DNA of 64,000 nucleotides. It comes from an uncultured Candidatus Saccharibacteria bacterium (GTDB lineage Bacteria > Patescibacteriota > Saccharimonadia > Saccharimonadales > JAGQNK01). Shown one piece after another: positions 55,423-64,000 of the stretch. The position numbers and the translations under genes are program-made. How positions within the stretch are numbered: position 1 is the first letter of the stretch; every line of letters begins with the position of its first letter. The notes beneath the pieces were generated by a model. The model did no database searches. It had not been told where the DNA came from and saw only the letters and a list, made by a program, of their open reading frames with translations. The DNA lies in assembly GCA_964636355.1 (NCBI GenBank), contig CAZWRG010000001.1, positions 41,687 to 105,686 of the forward strand. The letters are read 5' to 3'.

Positions 55423-56629
55423 AATATTCGGGGGATTCGATAATTTTAACTGTCGTAAACTTATTGAGCACATTGTTAATTTGTTCAACTTGAGCCGAAG
55501 CAGAAGTTTCGTGCAATGAACTGGCTAATTGTTCACTGGCTTGATCCAGGGCGTACATTTTAACGTTTTGGCGTGCAAGTAGTCGCTCAGCTCGCTTGTC
55601 GTCCGGCGACCAATCGTAATGATTATAAATTGGCAAAGCTGATAGCTCAGTTATTTTTTTGGTTTTAATATCGATATCCATAACCCCGATAACACCGGTC
55701 AAGGCCTCGATCTCCAGCTGGGTGTTCAAAAAATTGCCAATACTGTACCAGACAATCGTTTCACCACCACTGGCTGCCTTAAGCCGTTTTACGGGTTGCA
55801 GAACATGCGGGCCATGACCAACGATTATATCGGCTCCATTATCTGCTAAAAACTGACTTATTTGAGTCTGGCGAGTGTTAATTTCTGGTGAGTACTCTGT
55901 TCCCCAGCGCATACTCACCAAAATAATATCGGCCTCATCCCGAGCCGTTTTAAGTTGGCGCTCAGCCAACTGCTGATTGTACATAGTCACCCCATAGCCA
56001 TTGGCCACCGGACTGTTTGAATAAGTAGAATATGATAAAAACGCAAACTTTAATCCGTTATTTTCGAAATACTTAACCGAGTCGCGTTCAGCGGCCGAAC
56101 GATTAGCTCCGGCGTGAGCCAAGACATCCTGACGCTCCCATTCAGCCACCATAGCATCTATTAGCGACTGACCTTTGTCATAGGTATGATTAGTGCCGGT
56201 ATTGATCACGTTGCAGCCCAGCCGAACCATATCACGAGTCAGCTCCAGCGGCGCATTAAAAACCGGATAACCGCTAACTCCAAACTGCCTACCGCCGGCT
56301 GGCGTAGCCTGATTGCAAAACCGCACATCGGCTTTATCAAAGTACGGCTTCATATTGGCCATTAAGCTGAGGTAATTATATGAATTTCCGGCCTGAGCGT
56401 TCTGATTAACTGAATCATGAGCAATCACATCACCGCTCAGAATTAGCCGCAGGCTGGTCTTTGGCTCATCAGGGCTATTGTCTGCGGCGGTCTGATTAGC
56501 ATTTATGTCTGAACTGGGTGATGTTTGCTGGCCGAATCTCCAGGCCAAAATAACTGCCCCGCTAATTACCAAAATTAAACCAAAAACTATGAGTATTTTG
56601 GCTCGACGAGACTTAATCCCGCGCTTCAT
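55421..56629 (-). CDS. CapA/PgsA-family metallophosphatase-fold protein (copy 2)
   Basis: 402 aa. N-terminal TM anchor. ...SGDVIAHDS..., ...GHGPHVLQ... and ...SIGNFLN... motifs of the PGA_cap family. Confidence 0.7.
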   Translation of the reverse strand: MKRGIKSRRAKILIVFGLILVISGAVILAWRFGQQTSPSSDINANQTAADNSPDEPKTSLRLILSGDVIAHDSVNQNAQAGNSYNYLSLMANMKPYFDKADVRFCNQATPAGGRQFGVSGYPVFNAPLELTRDMVRLGCNVINTGTNHTYDKGQSLIDAMVAEWERQDVLAHAGANRSAAERDSVKYFENNGLKFAFLSYSTYSNSPVANGYGVTMYNQQLAERQLKTARDEADIILVSMRWGTEYSPEINTRQTQISQFLADNGADIIVGHGPHVLQPVKRLKAASGGETIVWYSIGNFLNTQLEIEALTGVIGVMDIDIKTKKITELSALPIYNHYDWSPDDKRAERLLARQNVKMYALDQASEQLASSLHETSASAQVEQINNVLNKFTTVKIIESPEY

Positions 56630-57027
56630 TAGTCTTTTTTCTTGTCTATCTTATCGAGCTTCAGGCCCATGACCACAAAATAAATCACTAGCGCCACAGC
56701 TAGGAATTTAATAATTGAATCGATCAGCAGACCAAAATCAAACTCCGCCGAGCGCTTGCCTATCTGAACAAACCACGTCAAACCAGCCAGGCCGCCCTGC
56801 CCGACCAACAGATCCACCATTGGCGTAATCACACTGGAGACAATATCTTTTACCAATATTCCGGCTTGGGTACCAATTGCCAAACCGACAGCCAGCCCAA
56901 CGACGCCTTGTTTGCGGACAAACTCCATAAAACCGCCCAAGGTACCGCCCACCCGGGTTTGCTTGAGGGCTTGAGCTTTTGTCTTAGCAGCGGCTTTAGT
57001 TTTAGAATATTTTTTCTGCGATGCCAT
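56629..57027 (-). CDS. mscL: Large-conductance mechanosensitive channel
   Basis: GFMEFVRKQGVVGLAVGLAIGTQ... matches the MscL TM1 and N-terminus. Two TM segments. ~130 aa. Confidence 0.85.
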   Translation of the reverse strand: MASQKKYSKTKAAAKTKAQALKQTRVGGTLGGFMEFVRKQGVVGLAVGLAIGTQAGILVKDIVSSVITPMVDLLVGQGGLAGLTWFVQIGKRSAEFDFGLLIDSIIKFLAVALVIYFVVMGLKLDKIDKKKD

Positions 57028-57079
57028 GCTTTTCCTCTTATTATCAGATAATATTATATATCACCGCTAGGAGATCAGC

Positions 57080-57505
57080 TTACAGCGCGCCAAGTATGGC
57101 ACCGGCCGCCGTCAAATAGACAAAATCATGAGCCCCATTTAACACCACTAATCCAAAGGGCCGCGCCTCAAAAGCGGTATGTACACCGCGGCTGGTCGTA
57201 GCAAACACCAATGACACCAGACCACCAAGAACCGCGCCTTGGAAAACTGTGTCAAAATACAGCGCCGACATCAAAACAGCTAGACCACTAACCATAATTA
57301 GATTCATTGCTGTTGTAATTGCCAGAGATTTTGTAAAACTATTAGTTTCTAAATCCTTTTGCCTAAGCCCCGAAGCCTTCATCCAATATTTGCCGAAAAC
57401 CTGCGGCGCGTACCAAAAACTGCCAATTATAAAACTTGGCAACAAGGCAACTAGCACTGCTAACCAGTTAACATTGTCCAGATGAAACATTAAAAGATCC
57501 ATCAC
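57080..57505 (-). CDS. Four-TM membrane protein (DUF1761-like, hypothetical)
   Basis: 141 aa. Hydrophobic. Confidence 0.4.
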   Translation of the reverse strand: MMDLLMFHLDNVNWLAVLVALLPSFIIGSFWYAPQVFGKYWMKASGLRQKDLETNSFTKSLAITTAMNLIMVSGLAVLMSALYFDTVFQGAVLGGLVSLVFATTSRGVHTAFEARPFGLVVLNGAHDFVYLTAAGAILGAL

Positions 57506-57567
57506 TTCTCCTTTTGGCGGTTATGCCATATAACTTATGTTTATAGCTTCAGTATACACTTTTTAGG

Positions 57568-59211
57568 TTACATCTGCTCCGGGGCGTGGATTCCTAAAAT
57601 TTCCAGTCCATTTTTTAGGACATCCGCGTAGTTGCTAACCAGACTTAAGCGAAGCGCTTCCCTGGGATCATCAATTACTCGGTTGTGTTCATAGAAGCGA
57701 TTAAAGGCCTGGCTTAGCTCGTAAAGATAGGTGCAAATATGATGCGGCAACAGTTCTTCGATAGATTTAGCCAAAATCTCGGGGTATTCGCTGATCTTGC
57801 GAAGCAGACTGCGTTCGTCAGCCTCTAAGTCACCACCTGACTCTGGGGCCGATTTAGATTTTCGCAAAATACTGCGCGCCCTGGCGTGAGCGTACTGCAA
57901 ATATGGCCCAGAATTACCCTGCAAACTAACTGCTTCATCAATATCAAAAATAATATCACTGCCAATTTTGACCTGCAGAAATCGATACCTAATAACCGCC
58001 GCGATCATTTGGTCATTAACCAAACTGTCTCGAGATTTTAAGGCCTCGGAAATTTTATCGAACAACCAGGAAATCTCAACCACCCCGCCATCACGGGAGC
58101 TCATTTTTCCGGTGCTGAGCTTTACCATTCCGGTGGGAATATTAACCGTAACGCCTTTTTGTTCCGGCATGCACAGTTCCGCGGCTGCAATCACGCCCTT
58201 AAAATAATCTTTTTGTTCATCGGCAGTTACAATGTAGCTTTTAGTTGGATGATAGTACTCATTTTTTAGCTGGATTAAACCCAAATCACGAGCCGCATAC
58301 AAGCCGGTGCCGCGGTTGCTTACAAAAGCATTGTCAAAAGCGCCATATTTGCTGCCCTCAAACACTAGCGCGCCGTCACTTTCTTTGAACACTTTTGGCA
58401 CATTGTCTTTAACAATTTTTACGCCGCGATTTTCGGCGTCCGACTCTAAAAATTTTCGCTCTACAGGCTTACTGCCCAGACGCTTGACGTTGGCATCAAT
58501 CTGCTCAAAGCTCCAATCAAAAACCGTTCTATAAACAGCGTCGTAAGTTGGATCATCCCTGGTAAAAGACTGCTTAGTTAGCGCTTCAATCTCTGCTTTA
58601 GCCTGCTCGTTTTCTTTATAAGCCCGCGAACCCTCAGCGTACATTTTAGACATAAAACTATTCCGCTCGGCCGGCGCAATAGCCTTAAGTTTATCGACAT
58701 CGCCGTCAATAAATTTGAGCAAACTATACATGCTTTTCCCAACGTGCAAACCAACATCGCCATGATAACTAACCCGGTAAGTATTGGCCCCGCCGGCCTC
58801 AATTAAATTAGCCAGCGTATCACCTAAAACAGCGTTTAGAGCATGACCAATGTGCATGGCTTTAAAGGGGTTGGGATTGTTGGTCTCGATAACTACTGAC
58901 TGACCTTTATAAGGCTGAGTTAGCGGCTGATTAACAGAGCTCCAAACGGCCTCGTCCGTCAGGCTGATATTTATAAATCCTGGACCAGCCACTTCAACGG
59001 CAGCAATAAGCAAGCTGGAGTCTTTGATATAATCAGCAATTTCCTGAGCAAGCTGTCGAGGATTTTTGCCAAGTTGTTTGGCCAGTTGCAAGCCAACATT
59101 AGTCGAAAAATCACCAAATTGTTCATCTGGCCTCGTTAAATCCACGGATACATTTGTTTTGAACAAATCCGTGCAAGCCTGCTCAATTACCGAAGCTAAT
59201 TCTTGTTTCAT
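57568..59211 (-). CDS. argS: Arginine--tRNA ligase
   Basis: 547 aa. HIGH motif (HIGHA). KMSS(R) variant of KMSK. C-terminal DALR anticodon-binding domain. Confidence 0.9.
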   Translation of the reverse strand: MKQELASVIEQACTDLFKTNVSVDLTRPDEQFGDFSTNVGLQLAKQLGKNPRQLAQEIADYIKDSSLLIAAVEVAGPGFINISLTDEAVWSSVNQPLTQPYKGQSVVIETNNPNPFKAMHIGHALNAVLGDTLANLIEAGGANTYRVSYHGDVGLHVGKSMYSLLKFIDGDVDKLKAIAPAERNSFMSKMYAEGSRAYKENEQAKAEIEALTKQSFTRDDPTYDAVYRTVFDWSFEQIDANVKRLGSKPVERKFLESDAENRGVKIVKDNVPKVFKESDGALVFEGSKYGAFDNAFVSNRGTGLYAARDLGLIQLKNEYYHPTKSYIVTADEQKDYFKGVIAAAELCMPEQKGVTVNIPTGMVKLSTGKMSSRDGGVVEISWLFDKISEALKSRDSLVNDQMIAAVIRYRFLQVKIGSDIIFDIDEAVSLQGNSGPYLQYAHARARSILRKSKSAPESGGDLEADERSLLRKISEYPEILAKSIEELLPHHICTYLYELSQAFNRFYEHNRVIDDPREALRLSLVSNYADVLKNGLEILGIHAPEQM

Positions 59212-59264
59212 TTATAGTATTTTATATCTGTTAGCCCAAAAAATCCACTAGTATAAGTCACTAG

Positions 59265-59954
59265 TTAGCGCTTATTGCCTCGCAGCAGACCACCAAGCGA
59301 CCACACTACAAAATACATACTGCCAAGCAGTAAAAAGAAAAGTAGCGTCGTAATTATGGTGTCCGGATGGGCCGCTGGATTAATTACCCTGTCTGATACA
59401 TCAAACAAAATCCCATCCGGATTGACTAAAACATCCCAGGTGTTCCACCGCAAACTACGCCCCAGATAAATCGCAAAACTACAGGCCAATATAACCCCGC
59501 CAATTATCAAGTGAGACGCCTGGATGCTTAATCTTTTTAGCAGTTGATTATGAATAATATAAATACTCATAAAACCAGCCACCAAACCATTAAAAATAAA
59601 CGACATAAACATTACGATGTCATAAAGCAGGCTGACTTCACCGGTTGGATGGAGATGAATCAGATCGCTAATCATATAAAAACTATTCGGTAAAAATCCT
59701 AGCCATAGCAGAAGCAGGCCCAGACTTTTTAAGGAGCGAATTGACCACGTACTCAAATTTTTGGCAAGAATCCATGCGAATAACAGCGGCAGCCAGCCTA
59801 AGAACAAATTCCAGACCATAAACCAATAGCGATCAGTTTGCGACTCTACCGACCGAAGAAAAAACAATGTCAAGGCTACGCCATTTGAAATCGCTAAAGC
59901 CCAAAGGACACTTCTAAAACTGCCCTTTGCTGCCGCGGTTGGTTGCTTTGCCAT
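59265..59954 (-). CDS. Polytopic membrane protein (DUF1361-like, hypothetical)
   Basis: Start moved to the internal ATG (MAKQPTAAAKG...). This avoids a 116-nt overlap with the convergently oriented transferase gene. About 6 TM segments. Confidence 0.45.
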   Translation of the reverse strand: MAKQPTAAAKGSFRSVLWALAISNGVALTLFFLRSVESQTDRYWFMVWNLFLGWLPLLFAWILAKNLSTWSIRSLKSLGLLLLWLGFLPNSFYMISDLIHLHPTGEVSLLYDIVMFMSFIFNGLVAGFMSIYIIHNQLLKRLSIQASHLIIGGVILACSFAIYLGRSLRWNTWDVLVNPDGILFDVSDRVINPAAHPDTIITTLLFFLLLGSMYFVVWSLGGLLRGNKR

Positions 59955-60036
59955 ACTAACATTGTACCAGCCAAATACCCCGACCATGCAGCTTTCACTA
60001 GGCACTATCCAAGCAAGTCGGTTATAATGTTGTTTA

Positions 60037-60669
60037 ATGAATTTAGTGGGTAATTTTTTAGATGGTTGCCGTAATGTTGTACGCGGCTTAATGCGATGGA
60101 TTGCCAGAGGGTTAAATAACTTCAGCGGCGGTCGAATATCGCCAAGCGGCATTACCTTAACCAGCCTATTTGCCCACCTGCCAATTGCTTGGCTGATTTC
60201 CCAAGATTATTTTGGCTACGCCGCAATCGGACTGGTAGTTTTTGGATTATTTGATGCTCTAGACGGGGAGATGGCTCGGCTGCAAAACAAAGCCTCCAGT
60301 GCTGGGATGCTGCTTGATGCCAGCACTGACCGCATGAAAGAAGTAATTTTGTACTGTGGCGCGGCCTTTGCGCTGGTTGCTCAAGATCAGGCCTTTTATG
60401 CCGTCTGGGCAGTGGCGGCCTGCGGCGCCAGTTTGTGTGTTTCGTACGTCAAGGCCAAAGGCGAAACCGCCATGATTGGCAGTAAATACAACCCCAACGA
60501 AATAAATCGTTTGTTCCAGGATGGTTTCCTACGGTTCGAAGTCCGCATGTTTCTGCTGATCATCGGCTTGCTTGCAAATGAACTAGGTGTGGTTCTTATA
60601 ATTATTGCCCTGATGGCCACACTAACTGCGCTGGAGAGGCTCATCAAAATCACCAAAAAACTGTCATGA
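60037..60669 (+). CDS. CDP-alcohol phosphatidyltransferase family protein
   Basis: Signature D-G-x2-A-R-x8-G-x3-D-x3-D, seen as DGEMARLQNKASSAGMLLDASTD. Multiple TM segments. Confidence 0.75.
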   Translation: MNLVGNFLDGCRNVVRGLMRWIARGLNNFSGGRISPSGITLTSLFAHLPIAWLISQDYFGYAAIGLVVFGLFDALDGEMARLQNKASSAGMLLDASTDRMKEVILYCGAAFALVAQDQAFYAVWAVAACGASLCVSYVKAKGETAMIGSKYNPNEINRLFQDGFLRFEVRMFLLIIGLLANELGVVLIIIALMATLTALERLIKITKKLS

Positions 60670-61322
60670 ACTTCAAGGTAGATCTACACACTCACTCGAT
60701 TGGTTCGCCGGATGGCGGAATCACTGCCGCAGAGTACAAACAAGCGCTCGACACCAAACTGCTGGACTGTATTGCGATAACTGATCACAACTCTGTTGAT
60801 TTTGGCTTGCAGCTGCAAGCTGAACTGGGTGATCAGATTATTGTTGGTGAAGAAATCATGACCACCACCGGTGAAATTATTGGGCTGTTTCTTAAAAAAA
60901 CCATTCCGCCTAACCAAAGCCCGGAGGCCACAATTGAGCAAATCAAAGCCCAAGGTGGAATTGTTTACATTCCCCACCCTTTTGAAACTGTCCGCAAAGG
61001 CCTTCACCCAGCTACTTTGGAAAAACTAGCTGATGATGTTGATATCATTGAGGTCTGCAATGGGCGGGCATTTTTTCAAAATCGCAGTGAACAGGCGGTG
61101 GTTTGGGCGCGACTTAATCATAAACTGACAGCTGCCAGTAGCGATGCTCATGGCTACCGCGGACTTGGCGCAACCTATACTGCCATGACAGCGCTGCCGA
61201 CCAAGGAAAATCTACTGGAACTAATGGTCGGCAGTACGCCAATTACCGGCCGGCCCACCATGCGCTCCCTGCTCTATCCTAAACTTAATCGTCTCCGTAA
61301 AAAATTGAGGTCAGCCAAGTGA
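60666..61322 (+). CDS. PHP-domain metal-dependent phosphoesterase
   Basis: N-terminal VDLHTHS and ...ITDHN... are PHP motifs. 4-nt overlaps with both neighbouring genes. Confidence 0.7.
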   Translation: MNFKVDLHTHSIGSPDGGITAAEYKQALDTKLLDCIAITDHNSVDFGLQLQAELGDQIIVGEEIMTTTGEIIGLFLKKTIPPNQSPEATIEQIKAQGGIVYIPHPFETVRKGLHPATLEKLADDVDIIEVCNGRAFFQNRSEQAVVWARLNHKLTAASSDAHGYRGLGATYTAMTALPTKENLLELMVGSTPITGRPTMRSLLYPKLNRLRKKLRSAK

Positions 61323-61864
61323 TCGCGGAGGCTTTATGGTTCTTTTTACCGGCTGGCATTGCTAACGCCATTCCAGTGTTTGTTTGTAAATTACCACTGC
61401 TAAGAAACCTCAATACACCGCTGGATTTTGGCAAAACTTGGCGCGGTGAACCGATTTTTGGGGCTAACAAAACCTGGCGCGGCCTGATCTCTGGAATTAT
61501 CATCGCCACGGTTGTAATTGGCATTCAAAAATACCTCTTCAGTCGACAGCTTTGGGCCTTGGAATTGGCTTGGTTCGACTATCGACCAAGCTACATCTGG
61601 CTGCTTGGGCCGTTGTTTGGCTCGGGGGCTTTAATTGCCGATGCCGCGGAAAGCTTCTTCAAGCGACGACTTAAAATAGCGCCCGGTAAAAGCTGGTTTC
61701 CATTTGACCAGATTGATTATATTTTAGGCGGAATATTGTTCAGCCTGCTGGTTGTTCAGCTGTCGATCAGCAAATATATTTTGGTGATTGGTGTGTGGTT
61801 TTTTATGCATTTGATTGCCAGCTATATCGGATATTTAACTGGCCTGAAAAAACACCCTATTTAA
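61319..61864 (+). CDS. CarS-like (DUF46/CDP-archaeol-synthase family) CTP-transferase membrane protein
   Basis: 181 aa with 4-5 TM segments. C-terminal FKRRLKIAPGKSWFPFDQIDY resembles the CdsA/CarS K-R...D..D signature. Assignment is by motif recall only. Confidence 0.5.
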   Translation: MIAEALWFFLPAGIANAIPVFVCKLPLLRNLNTPLDFGKTWRGEPIFGANKTWRGLISGIIIATVVIGIQKYLFSRQLWALELAWFDYRPSYIWLLGPLFGSGALIADAAESFFKRRLKIAPGKSWFPFDQIDYILGGILFSLLVVQLSISKYILVIGVWFFMHLIASYIGYLTGLKKHPI

Positions 61865-62583
61865 GAGTAGTTCTTAGCTTCAATAAAACACTCCTGGCTA
61901 AAAGCCTGACAAACAAAATCAAGTGAGAATCGCTCTAACATGCCAGCGGTTTGAGATGGCATGGCCTGAAGCGCCTGACATTTTTTGTCTATAAGTTCAG
62001 CATTTAGCTCAAAAACTAAATCGCAAGCTTCACGGTTATAAATTCTAGGCCTATCAATATTAAAGAAAATGTTCAGTTTTTGATCCATGATTTTTAGGTA
62101 GTTCTGATAACTATCACTAGAGATAACCGAGTAAAGCAGCCTTGGCCTATAGCTTAGTTTCGCGCAAGCTAAAGTTGCCCAGCGCGACAATGCAATGTGA
62201 TCATCATGACCAGTCAGACCATCCGGGCCAAAGCTAATAATGGTGTCAGGTTTTATCTGCTCGATTATGGGCATTAGTTTTTCTAAGGCGGCTTGATCAG
62301 AAATCTGAGCACATTGTCCATCCTTATAATCCAACCAAAAATGATTTTTAATGCCTAAAATTTCTAAAGCGGCATCTGATTCGGCTTGCCGAATATCAGC
62401 CAGTTTATCTGGCGGCCAACGCTTGGGATCATAAACCCCAGCCTCACCCCGGGTAGCCGTAATACAGGCCACATTTTGACCATTTTGGGCAGCCGCGGCC
62501 ATAAGTCCAGCGCTGCTAAATGTCTCATCATCCGGGTGGGCCCAGATCCCAAGAACACTGCCAAGCGCTGCCACATCATCCAT
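61861..62583 (-). CDS. PIG-L/LmbE-family N-acetylglucosaminyl deacetylase
   Basis: N-terminal AHPDDE(T) zinc-binding motif. Later HxDH. 240 aa. Confidence 0.75.
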   Translation of the reverse strand: MDDVAALGSVLGIWAHPDDETFSSAGLMAAAAQNGQNVACITATRGEAGVYDPKRWPPDKLADIRQAESDAALEILGIKNHFWLDYKDGQCAQISDQAALEKLMPIIEQIKPDTIISFGPDGLTGHDDHIALSRWATLACAKLSYRPRLLYSVISSDSYQNYLKIMDQKLNIFFNIDRPRIYNREACDLVFELNAELIDKKCQALQAMPSQTAGMLERFSLDFVCQAFSQECFIEAKNYS

Positions 62584-62599
62584 GGCTTAAATTATACGC

Positions 62600-63637
62600 T
62601 TATTTAGCAAGTTCGGCTTTTAGCTTTTCGATAAGTTCAACTGGTGTAGGGTTCAGCCCGTTTAACAGCGCCAAATACAAACTCACAAAATCACCGTAGG
62701 CAATCACCCAAATTAATTGCTCAATTAAATCACTACCTTTTGCTTCAACGATCTGGGCCGCTGGCCGCCGGCCGGATAGTAACTTATCAGTAATTTCAAA
62801 GCGTTTTTGGGTCCTGATGTGTTCTAAATCACTTCTCAGGTCAATTACCGCGTACGGCTTCTGGATGGGATGGCTGGTCCAACCCAGAAATTCATTGTGA
62901 TTAAATTCCGGCAACTGATTACACCAGGCCACATTTTTGGCATTTTCATTAAAACTGATTTTCCACTTATAAGCAGCTGGGAAAAACTTAGGTCCGGCAT
63001 AAATGACCGGTGATTTGCCCATTAATTCATGAGCTAGCTGCTTGGCTGGATTTTTTGATGATGGCACAGCGGCCGTCCAATCAGACATTTGCTCAGCTAG
63101 CCACTGCGCGGCTGCTTCCAGCTGTTTAATTTTGCCACTGACAAGCGATGCTGATTCCATAATTTCAAGCAGCGCCCGCAGCTGATAACCAAGAGTCATT
63201 CGAGGCTGAAAACCAGTTGGCAAAGTTATAAATGGCAAGTTATTTTTCTCGGCTTTTTTTAACAGCTCGCCGCCAGACGCAACCACTATGATTTGCGGCC
63301 GGTTTTGCTTGAGACTCAGCGCCTGATCAAGCGCGCTTAGAGTTTCTTCAGTGTTCCCCGAATAACTAGAACAAATTAATAATGTGTCGCCGCCAACAAA
63401 CTCTGGCAAGTCATAGTCGTTAACAATTTTAAAAGGAATATTAATGCCGGGCCATGATTCAAACACCTTAGCCGCCAAGCCCGACCCGCCCATGCCAGCC
63501 ACTACAATATTGCTAATCTCAGCACTCGGCGTAAATTTAAACCCAAAATCATGTTGGTATTGTTGCCATTGTTTCTCAGCCAATCCTAGCGCATCTTGTG
63601 CATCGCGGTCGTGAATGTATTTTAGATCGTCTAGCAA
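62600..63637 (-). CDS. Bifunctional phosphoglucose/phosphomannose isomerase (SIS domain)
   Basis: 345 aa. SIS motif VVAGMGGSGLAAK. C-terminal PGI/PMI-type domain. Confidence 0.7.
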   Translation of the reverse strand: MLDDLKYIHDRDAQDALGLAEKQWQQYQHDFGFKFTPSAEISNIVVAGMGGSGLAAKVFESWPGINIPFKIVNDYDLPEFVGGDTLLICSSYSGNTEETLSALDQALSLKQNRPQIIVVASGGELLKKAEKNNLPFITLPTGFQPRMTLGYQLRALLEIMESASLVSGKIKQLEAAAQWLAEQMSDWTAAVPSSKNPAKQLAHELMGKSPVIYAGPKFFPAAYKWKISFNENAKNVAWCNQLPEFNHNEFLGWTSHPIQKPYAVIDLRSDLEHIRTQKRFEITDKLLSGRRPAAQIVEAKGSDLIEQLIWVIAYGDFVSLYLALLNGLNPTPVELIEKLKAELAK

Positions 63638-63714
63638 AACTGCCTCCTACTTTTTGCGGTTATGCTATATACTATCTACTAACTACTAATGACAAACAAG
63701 GGGGTGTGGTAAAA

Positions 63715-64000
63715 ATGTTTGGGCATGATGACAACCAGCAAACTGATAACCAAGATCAAAATAATACTCAGAATAATAATGGCTTTACGCCGCCAGCCAA
63801 TCTGTCGGTGAATACCTCTCTGGGAGCGACTCCACCGCCGCCCGCCGATGATCAAACAGCTGCTACAGCGCCGCCAGCTCCGGAACCAGAAGCTGATAAG
63901 CAGACCGAGGAAGCCATCGCTGAAGCCACCTCCAAACTAGCCGATGAGCCAGCTCCAGCTACTGCTGCACCCGCCCAATCAGAGCCCGACACCGATGGTC
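63715..64000 (+). CDS. Partial (N-terminus) low-complexity Asn/Gln/Pro/Ala-rich protein that continues beyond the window
   Basis: Strong AAGGGGGTG ribosome-binding site 8 nt before the ATG at 63715. The reading frame stays open to the window end. Confidence 0.45.
   Translation, partial: MFGHDDNQQTDNQDQNNTQNNNGFTPPANLSVNTSLGATPPPPADDQTAATAPPAPEPEADKQTEEAIAEATSKLADEPAPATAAPAQSEPDTDG

Noticed and set aside
1-64000. Search for tRNA, rRNA, CRISPR arrays, integrases or transposases
   Set aside because: No cloverleaf-compatible intergenic sequence was found. No arrays of regularly spaced direct repeats were found. No recombinase or transposase-like ORFs were found. The only tandem repeats are the two heptamer microsatellites and the low-complexity coding repeats.

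Overview
The window reads as a small, gene-dense bacterial genome segment at roughly 48-50% GC (estimated by eye). Most genes are housekeeping, and no rRNA, tRNA, CRISPR, transposase or integrase is visible. Gene content and order suggest a reduced-genome Patescibacteria/CPR organism, most plausibly Saccharibacteria (TM7); this is inference, not a search result. The supporting clues are: a complete type IV pilus (T4P) locus with no secretin, a four-helix-bundle protein, CapA paralogs, a CarS-like gene, a ribosomal protein S20 with a lysine/alanine-rich tail, and long disordered extensions on RNase J and a DHH-like protein.

Main content, in order:
- Positions 1-11.8 kb (minus strand): a T4P locus. 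In direction of transcription it runs: TM protein, a 753-aa secreted Cys-rich protein, pilM, pilN, pilO-like, a small TM protein, pilB, pilT, pilC, a pilin, pilD, and a second pilin truncated at the window edge. A (GTGACTG)n heptamer repeat sits between pilT and pilC. A 9-bp inverted repeat covers the pilC ribosome-binding site and start codon.
- Positions 11.9-46 kb: ychF, a predicted phosphoribosyltransferase, tlyA, efp, rpsF-rpsR-ssb, ftsK, rnj, a family-4 uracil-DNA glycosylase, pnp, rpsO, truB, rpsT, holA, fpg, a HAD hydrolase, polA, a P-type ATPase, and rpoD-dnaG.
- An 807-aa gene combining phage-tail-fibre-like repeats with an SGNH hydrolase domain is inserted inside the conserved truB-rpsO-pnp cluster.
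- Positions 46.1-47.2 kb: an AT-rich islet carrying an orphan 168-aa gene with its own terminator.
- Positions 47.8-56.6 kb: a cell-envelope locus. Two CapA paralogs bracket it. Inside are a class-A-like serine hydrolase, two paralogous surface proteins (one with a lamin-tail domain, one with a C-terminal anchor), orn, an alpha/beta hydrolase and a VanY-type carboxypeptidase.
- Positions 59.2-63.6 kb: a lipid/glycoconjugate cluster. It contains a CDP-alcohol phosphatidyltransferase, a PHP phosphoesterase, a CarS-like CTP-transferase, a PIG-L deacetylase and a phosphoglucose/phosphomannose isomerase.

Several consensus sigma70-type promoters and hairpin terminators are readable directly in the sequence.
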